Shown: positions 55,418 through 64,000 of the stretch, piece after piece | How the letters are laid out: each line of letters opens with the position of its first letter | How positions within the stretch are numbered: position 1 is the stretch's first letter | NCBI RefSeq assembly: GCF_009914755.1 | Contig: NC_060928.1 | DNA from: the human T2T-CHM13v2.0 reference genome, Homo sapiens | Direction: 5' to 3' (one strand) | Length of the DNA: 64,000 nucleotides | Program-made: the position numbers and the translations under genes | Notes under the pieces: model-generated | What the model saw: the letters and a program-made list of their open reading frames with translations, nothing else | Told to the model about the DNA's origin: nothing | The model's database searches: none

Positions 55418-57023
55418 TAACACAGTCAAAGCTTTAAAGGAATATTTTCAATATTCTTGTCATCAGAAAATATAGGAAAATAACATTTATCAGAATCTTA
55501 TTTTGTTTCAGGGCTACTTTGTTTATTTTTTTGTTCCCTCCTCCCCTTTGAACAATAAACTTGCTCTTTTTGTACTACAGTTTTTATTAAAAGAACCCTA
55601 CATATTTATCCAAGTAAAATCAGTAAGTTATTCTGAGGGTCAAAGCCTGGAAAAATGGAGGACGGGAGATATGACCAACTTGAAGCTCCCACTTAGATGG
55701 ACAGAGTAGTATGTGGCTACCCACATCATGAACTTTTGCTGCAAGAACTACTGTAGGAACATACCAGGAAAGCCAAGAGAACCCACGGTCCCTTTGAAGG
55801 AGGTGGTCTGCCTCTGCAGGCTCCGTGGGACAGCTAAGGAACTGTCAGTTGGCTTACTTTCTCAGTTGACAGGCTTGTAGTCTGAAGAAAGTTCTCAGCA
55901 TTGCTCACTGGCTACCTGGAAATAAACTCAGTGCTGTTGTGGGGGCATGGTAGCAGTGAGACCGGCCTTTTGGGCTGTGGGCTGTGTGGGAACTGGGTGA
56001 GGCCTGTGTCTGCTGGCTTTCCCCCACTTCCCTGGTGACCTATGTGACACAGCAAAGACAGCCATAATCCCCCTGGGAACATAACTCCATTGTCCCAGAA
56101 AGCACACCCCCATCCCCCACAGCAGCCTCACGGAGCCCCACCCTAAGACAGCCTGAGCTCAGACATGCCTAACTCTGCCCCAACCTGAAGGTCTTTCTCT
56201 ACCCACCCTGGTAGCTGAATATAAAGGACACAATCTTTTGGGAGTTCTATGTCCCTGCCCACCGCCTGATCCTCCCTATAAAACTGCAGCTAATGCAGCC
56301 TTGAAAGTGCCACCTCCTGGCTTGAAGTCAACCAACACAAGACCAGCACACTTAACAAAAATACAACCAAGGATCCTCACAGAGTTCACTTCACTCCCTT
56401 GCTACCCCCACTGGAGTAGGTGCTGATATCCACGGTTGAGAGAACTGAAGATGGATCACATCATCGGACTCTGCAGACACTCCCCAGTACTGGCCCAACA
56501 CCTGGTAGCTCTGCTGGATGGCTAGATCCAGAAAAAAATTACACTCACTACAGTTCTGCTCTCAGGAAGCCCCATCCCTAGGGGAAAGGGGAGAACACCA
56601 CATCAAGGGAGCACCACTGTGGGATGAAATAATCTGAAGAGCAGCCCTTGAGTCCCAGATCTTCCCTCTAACATAGTCTACCCAAATGAGAAAAAAATAA
56701 AATAGTAAACAGCAAACAATTTGGGTAATATGACAAAACAAAGTCCTTAACACCCTCAAAAGATTACACGAGCTCACCAGCAATGGATCCAAACCAAGAC
56801 AAAAATCTCTGAATTTCCAAAAAAAGGCCACTCAAGGAGGCATTAGAGAAAGGTGAAGTCCAACTTAAAGAAATAAAGAAAAAAAAAATGATACAGGATA
56901 TGAATGGAAAAATCTCCAGTGAAATAGATAGCATAAATAAAAAACAATCACAACTTCTGGAAATCAAAGACACACATAGAGAAATGGAAAATGCACCACA
57001 AAGTCTCAGCAATAGAATCGAAC

Positions 57024-57471
57024 TAAGTGGAGACCACCCCTCATATTGTCTTATGCCCAATTTCTGCCTCCAAAGAAAGAAGTAAAAACTAAAAGGCAGA
57101 AATGAAATCCACAGGCAGACAGCCCTGCACCGTGCCCTGGACCTGGTTAAAGATCGACCCCTGACCTAAAATGGTTATGTTATCTATAGATTCCAGACAT
57201 TGTGTGGAAAAGCACTGTGAAAATCCCTGTCCTGTTCTGTTCTGATTACTGGTGCATGCAGCCCACAGTCACATACCCCCTGCTTGCTCAATCGATCATG
57301 ACCCTCTCACGCGGACCCCCTTAGAGTTGTAAGCCCTTAAAAGGGATAGGAATTGCTCACTTGGGGAGCTCGGTTTTTGAGAAGTGAGTCTTGCCGACGC
57401 TCCTGGCCAAATAAAGCCTTTCGTTCTTTAACTCAGTGTCTGAGGTTTTGTCTGTGGCTCGTCCTGCTACA
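57024..57471 (+). mobile_element. LTR2-family (HERV-E/Harlequin) solo LTR inside L1PB ORF1
   Basis: taag...ggagaccacccctcatattgtcttatgcccaa start; aataaa; ends cgtcctgctaca; perfect TSD gaac (57020-57023, 57472-57475). Confidence 0.93.
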
Positions 57472-59223
57472 GAACAAGCAGAAGAAAAAAACTTCAGAGA
57501 TCAAACACAAAGTTTTTATGTTAACCCAACCCAGAAAAGATAAAATATAAAAATAAAAAAAAAATGAACAAAGCCTCCAAGAGGTTTGGGATTATGTTAA
57601 ATGACCAAGCCTAAGAATAATTGGTGTTCCAGAGGAATAAGACAAATCTAAGTTTTGAAAACATATTTGAAGGAATAATTGAGGAAAACTTCCCTGTCCT
57701 TGTTAAAGATCTAGACATTCAAATACAAGAAGCTAAAAGAACACCTGGGAAGTTCATCACAAAAAGATCGCTGCCGAGGCACATAGTCATTAGGTTATCT
57801 AAAGTCAAGATGAAGGAAAGAATCTTAAGAGCTGTGAGTCAAAAGCATCAGGTAACCTATAAAGGAAACCTATCAGATTAACAGCAGATTTCTCAGCAGA
57901 AACCCTACAATTTAGAAGGGATTGAAGTCCTATCTTTAGCCTACTTAAACGAAATAATTATCAGTCAGGAATTTTGTATCTAGTGAAACTAAGGCTTATA
58001 AATGAAGAAAAGTTACAGTCTTTTTCAGACAAACACATGCTGAGAGAATCTGCCACTACAAAGCCAGCACTACAAGAACTGCTAAAAGGAGCTCTAAATC
58101 TTAAAACAAATTCTCAAAATACATAAAAATAGAATTTCCTCAAAGCATAAATGTCAGAGGACCTATAAGACAATAACACAATGAAAAAACAACAACAACA
58201 TGGTATTCAGGCAACAAAAAGCACAATGAACAGAATAGTACTTCACATCTCAATACTAATGTTGAATGCAAATTGCCTAAATGCTCCACTTAAAAGATAC
58301 AGAAAGGCAGAATAGATAAGAACTGACCAACAAATATCTGCTCTCTTCAAGAGACTCACCTGACATATAAGGACTCAAGAAACTTAGAGTAAAGGGGTAG
58401 GAAAAAATATTCCATGCAAATGGACACCAAAAGTGAGCAGGAGTAGCTATTTTTATATCAGACAAAACAAACTTTAAAGCAACAGCAGTTTAAAAAGACA
58501 AAGAGGGACGTTATATAATGATAAAAGGACCAATCCAACAGGAAAATATCACATTCCTTAGTATATATGCACCTAACACTGGAGCTCCCAAATTTTTAAA
58601 ACAATTGCTACTAGACTTAAGAAATGAGATAGACATAAACACAATAATGATGGGGGGTTTTAATTACTCCACAGACAGCACTAGACAGGTCATCAAGATA
58701 GAAGGTCAACAAAGAAACAATGGACTTAAACTTTGCCCTAGATTTAGGACTTACATACTTACAGAACATTCTACTGAACAACTGCAGAATATACGTGCTA
58801 TTCATCAGCACATGGAACTTTCTCCAAAATACACCATATGATAGGCCACAAAACAAGTCTCAATACATTTAAGAAAATTGAAATTATAGCAAGTATTCTC
58901 AGACCACAGTGGAGTAAAATTGGAAACCAACTCCAAAAGGAAGCCTCAAAACAATGCAAATACATGGAAATTAAATATCCTGCTCCTGAATGATCAGGTT
59001 AACAATGAAATCCTTATGGAAATTTAAAAATTCCTTGACTGAATGATAATGGTCACACAACCTGTCAAAACCTGTGAGAAGCAGCAAAAGCAGTGCTAAG
59101 AGGAAAGTTCATAGCTATTAATGCCTACATCAAAAAGTCTGAAAGAGCACAAAGAGACAATCTAAGGTCACACCTCAAGGAACTAGAGAAACAAGAACAA
59201 ACCAAACCCAAATCCAGCAGCAG

Positions 59224-59254
<31 letters not shown>

Positions 59255-61733
59255 AGATCAGAGCAGAATTAAATTAAATTAAATTAAAACAAAAAAAGAT
59301 GAATGAAACAAAAAACTGGTTCTTTAAAAAGATAAATAAAATTGATAGATCATTAGTGAGATTAACCAAGAAAAGAATAGAGAAAATAAAAAGAAGCTCA
59401 ATTAGAAAAGAAACAGGAGATATTACAACGATTACCACAGAAATACAAAAGATTAGTCAAGGCTACAATGAACAACTTTATATGCATAAACTAGGAAACC
59501 TAGAGGAGATGGATAAATTCCTGGAAATATACAGCCCTCTTAGATTAATCCAGAAATAAAAATTATAAACAGCCCAATAAAAATCAGTGAAATTGAAATG
59601 TAATTAAAATGTTACCAACAAAAACAAAGTCTAGAACCAGACAGATTCACAGCTGAATTTTATCAAGCATTCAAAGAAGAACTGGTAACAATCCTATTGA
59701 CACTATTCCAAAAGATAGAGAAAGAGGGAACCCTCCCTAAATCATTCCATGAAGTCAGTGTCACCCCAATACCCTAACCAGGAAAGAACATAAGCAAAAA
59801 AGAATGCCACAGTCCAATATGACTGATGAACATGGATGCAAAAATCCTCAACAAAGTACTAGCAAACTGAGTCCAACAGCATATCAAAAAGATAATCTAC
59901 CACAATCAAGTGGGTTTCATACAAGAAATGCAGTGATGGTTTAACATATGCAAGTTAATAAATGTGATAGTCCACATAAACAGAATTGAAAACAAAAATT
60001 ACATGTTCATCTCAATAGATGCAGGAAAAACATTTGACAACATCCAGCAACACTTTATGATTAAAACTTAAACAAAATCAGCATAGAAGGGGCATTTCTT
60101 AAGGTAATAAAAGCCATCTATGACAAACCCATAGCTAACACTATACTAAATGGGAAGAGTTGAAAGCGTTCCCCCTGATAGCTGGAACAGGACAAGGATG
60201 CCCACTTTCACCACTTCTACTCAACATAGTACTGGAAGTCCTAGCCAGAGCAATCAGATAAGAGATAGAAATAAAGGGCATCCAAGTTGGTAATGAGGAA
60301 GTCAAACTCTCACTGTTCATTGATGACATGATCGTACACCTAGAAAACCCTCAAGACTCATCCAAAAAGCTCCTGGAACTGGTAAAGGAACTTAGGATTC
60401 AAAATTAATGTACACAAATTAGTAGCTCTGCTATACACCAACAGTGGGCAAGCTGAGAATGAAATCAAGAACTCAACCCCTTTCATAGTAGCTGCAAAAA
60501 CAGACAACAGAAAGAAAAACTAAGAAATTTACTTAACCAAGATGGTGAAAGACCTCTAAAAGGAAAAATACAAAAGACTGCTGAAAGAAATAATAGATGA
60601 CACAAACAAATGTAAACACATCACATGCCCATGGATAAGTAGAATCAAGGTTGTGAAAATCCTTTTACTGCCAAAAGAAATCTATCAATCAATGCAATTC
60701 CCATGAAAATATCACAATTATTCTTCACGGAACTAGAAAGAAGAATCCTAAAATTCATATGGAGCCAAAAAAAAAAAAAGCCACATAGCCAAAGCAAGAT
60801 TAAGAAAAAGAACAAATATGGAGGCATTACATTACCTGACTTCAAACTACACTATAAAGTCATAGTCACCAAAACAGCATGGTACTGGTATAAAAGTAGA
60901 CATATAGACCAATGGAACAGAATAGAGAACCCAGAAATAAAGCCAAACACTTACACTCAACTGATCTTTGACAAAGCAAACAAACACATAAAGTGGGAAA
61001 AGGACACCCTATTCAACAAATGGTGCTGGGATAATTGGCAAGTCATATGTAGAATAATAAACCTGGATCTTCATCTCTCATCTTATACAAAAATCAACTC
61101 AAGTTGGATCAAAGACTTAAACCCAAGACCTGAAACCATAAATCTAGAAGATAAAAGTGGGAAAACCCTTCTAGCCAATGGCTTAGGCAAATACTTCATG
61201 ACCAATAACCCAAAAGCAAATACAAAAAACAGATAAATAGGATTTAATTAATTAATTAAAAAGCTTCTGCACAGCAAAAGAAATAATCAGCAGAGTAAAC
61301 AGACAGCCCACCAAGTGGGAGAAAATCATCACAATCTCTGCATCCATCAAAGGACTAACATTCAGAATCTCCAGAAACTCAAACAAATCAGCAAGAACAA
61401 AAGAAACAATCCTATCAAAAAGTGGGCTAAGGACATGAATAGATAATTCTCAAAAGGAGTTGTACAAATTGCCAACAAACATATGACAAAATGCTCAACA
61501 TTATTAATTATCAGGGAAATGCAAATCAAAACAGCAATGTGATACCACCTCACTCTGACAAGAATGGCCATAATCAAAAAAGAAAAAAAAAAAGATGTTG
61601 GCATGGATGTGGTGAAAAGGGAACACTTTTACTTTCCTGATGGGAATGTAAACTAGTACAACCACTATGGAAAACAGTTTGGAGATTCCTTAAAGAACTA
61701 AAAATAGATCTGTCATTTGATCTCATAATCCCA

Positions 61734-62195
61734 TAAGGGAGGAGACCACCCCTCATATTGTCTTATGCCCAATTTCTGCCTCCAAAGAAAGAAGAAGTAA
61801 AAACTAAAAGGCAGAAATGGAATCCACAGGCAGATAGCCCAGCACCATGCCCTGGGCCTGGTAGTTAAAAATCAACCCCTGACCTAACTGCTTGTGTTAT
61901 CCATAGATTCCAGACATTGTATGGAAAAGCATTGTGAAAATCCCTGTCCTGTTCTGTTCCATTCTGATTACCAGTGCATGCAGCCCCCAGTCATGTACCC
62001 ACTGCTTGCTCAATGGATCACAACCCTCTCATGCAGACCCCCTTAGAGTTGTAAGCCCTTTAAAGGGACAGGAATTGCTTACTCAGGGAGCTCGGTTTTT
62101 GAGACGTGAGTCTTGCTGACGCTCCCGGCCGAATAAAGCCCTTCCTTCTTTAACTCGGTGTCTGAGGGGTTTTGTCTGCGGCTCATCCTGCTACT
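61734..62195 (+). mobile_element. Second LTR2-family solo LTR inside the L1PB ORF2 3' end
   Basis: taagggaggagaccacccctcatattg start; ends catcctgctact; L1 sequence resumes in register; TSD degraded. Confidence 0.92.
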
Positions 62196-62344
62196 CTGCC
62201 GCTGGATATCTATCCAGAGGAAAATGCATCATTATATGAAAAAGATATCTGCACACACATGCTTATAGTGGCACAATTCACAATTGCAAAAATATGGAAC
62301 CAGCCAAAATGCCCATCAATCAATGAGTGGATAAAGAAAATGTG

Positions 62345-62351
62345 GTGTGTG

Positions 62352-62391
<40 letters not shown>
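62345..62391. repeat. (CA)n microsatellite in the L1PB 3' end
   Basis: About 17 CA units preceded by gtgtgtgtatat. Confidence 0.95.
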
Positions 62392-62393
<2 letters not shown>

Positions 62394-62396
62394 CAC

Positions 62397-62750
62397 TGAT
62401 ATGGTTTGGCTGTATCCCCATCCAACTCTCATCTTGAATTGTTGCTCCCATAATTCTTACATGTAGTGGGGGGGATCGAGTGGGAGGTAATTGAATCATG
62501 GGAGTGGGTCTTTCTCACGCTGTTCTCGTAATAGTGAATAAGTCTCATGAGGTCCGATGGTTTTATAAATGGAAATTCCCCTGCACAAGCTCTCTTGTCT
62601 GCTACCATGTAAGTTGTGCCTTTGCTCTTCCTTTGCCTTCCCAGGCCCCACACAGCCATGTGGAACTGTGAGCCAATTAAACCTATTTCTTTTATAAAGT
62701 ACCCAGTGTCGGGTATGTCTTTATTAGCAGCATGAGAACAGACTAACACA
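62397..62750 (+). mobile_element. THE1 (THE1B-D-like) MaLR solo LTR
   Basis: tgatatggtttggctgt start; gggaggtaattgaatcatggg; ends gagaacagactaacaca; TSD tgcac/tgtgc. Confidence 0.93.
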
Positions 62751-64000
62751 TGTGCCATGGAATACTACTCAGCCATAAAAAGGAATGAAATAATGGCATT
62801 TGCAGTAACCTAGATGCAAGTGAAGACCACGATTCTAAGTGAAGTAACTCAGGAATGGAAAACCAAATAGGCTGTGTTCTCACCCATAAGTGGAAGCTAA
62901 GATCTGAGGATGAAAAGGCATAAGAGTGATACAACAGACTTTAAGGATTCAGGGGAAAGGGTAGGGGGCATGAGGGATAAAAGACTACACATTGGGTACA
63001 GTGTACACTGCTAGGGTGATGGATGCAGCAAAATCTCAGAAATCACGGCTAAAGAACTTAGTCATGTAACCAAACACCACCTGTTTCCCAAAAAAACTAT
63101 TGAAATAAAAAAAAAAACTTGCATGCATAAAAGCACATTAGAAATGTTTTAATAACGTGAAATTAGATTTTTATATTCACACAAACATGCATTAAGTCTA
63201 TCCATATTGGATAGACATAATGGCTTCCTTGTAAAATTTAAAGAGTTTAGAATTGCCCTAATATTTTACATAGATATTACTTTTAAAAACTGATTTTGAA
63301 CAAAAACCAATATATCAAAGATTCTTGTGAAGTTGGGACCTGAGATTGCAAACAGATGCATTTTTCTAAATTTTTGTGAGAATGAAATGTTTTCATTGTG
63401 ATTCAAGCTGGAATTAATAAGGGTGACTTAAGAGTTATGTTTTTGATTTTGTAGGGAGAGCTCCCTTGGTTACGACAGTCTTAAAGATCTCCTGTTACAT
63501 AAATTTGACAGTAAGTTATCAACATTACAACTAAGAAGCCTAACCATTTGGAATTTAAAACTCCTGTATCAGTCTGCCCTGGAGTCATTCTGGGATGAGT
63601 CAAGTGGTCAGACACTGTCTCACTGGATGAGAAACATGATCATGTCTGAGTACCAGGAATAACAATTCTAAAAATGGACAGATCTAATTCATTCAATATT
63701 TCAGTGATGGCCAAGTGACGCATGCTGGGAGGGCTCAACCTCTACGCCTGGAAACTTGGCTCTTTGGGAAGATGTGGCAATGCAAATTTGTTGAAGATGA
63801 AGGATATATCACTCTTCTGGAATGAATGGAATGAATGGAATGTCTAGCCAGAGACCTTTCAGAAATCTTAATAATTGTGGCAATTTTTTTTTCTTAACTG
63901 TTCACTTCTCTTAACAAAAGAAAAGCCACTGCAATGCCCCACCTATTCCCCTCACACATGTCTGTTCTTGATACTAATTTTTACATTTTGACATTTAAAT

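Larger units (their letters stand above)
55640..63117 (+). mobile_element. Near full-length decayed L1PB (L1PBa-type 5' end, L1PB1/2-type 3' end)
   Basis: GC-richer 5' UTR; ORF1 remnants (IFEGIIEENFP, PRHIVIRLSKV); ORF2 ATG at 58226; endonuclease (IYAPNTGAP); RT motif FIDDMI at ~60316; C-terminal ORF 60703-61236; 3' UTR and polyA; many stops and frameshifts; TSD not found. Confidence 0.95.

Noticed and set aside
60703-61236. Longest ORF (177 aa) as a functional gene
   Set aside because: It is a fragment of L1 ORF2 bounded by frameshifts and stops.
57024-62195. Novel LTR retroelement carrying an L1-type reverse transcriptase
   Set aside because: The first LTR has its own TSD, there is no shared outer TSD or apparent primer-binding site, and L1PB continues colinearly on both outer sides.
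63818-63842. tggaatgaatggaatgaatggaatg resembling satellite II/III
   Set aside because: Only ~25 bp; a trivial 9-bp tandem repeat.

Overview
This is primate (most likely human or ape) AT-rich, CpG-depleted, non-coding genomic DNA, either intergenic or from a large intron. I find no supportable protein-coding exon, RNA gene or CRISPR array. The ORFs in the track that I can assign are Alu, LINE-1, LTR or simple-repeat translations, and the rest have no recognisable product. A large part of the window is transposon fossils: six Alu dimers and one monomer, MIRs, many solo LTRs (MaLR, ERVL, ERV1), DNA-transposon MITEs (MER1B, MER2, Tigger3a) and several L1s. These include a near full-length decayed L1PB (~55.6-63.1 kb) that carries two same-orientation LTR2 solo LTRs and a THE1 LTR. 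I do not see a new biological system. The notable features are structural: a young 4 x 45-bp hairpin minisatellite inside a Tigger3a, the provirus-like LTR2-L1-LTR2 layout, nested insertions, rearranged L1s and a tail-less L1 patch replacing part of an LTR. Subfamily names come from recalled consensus motifs, not from a database run. Boundaries without a target-site duplication (TSD) are approximate.
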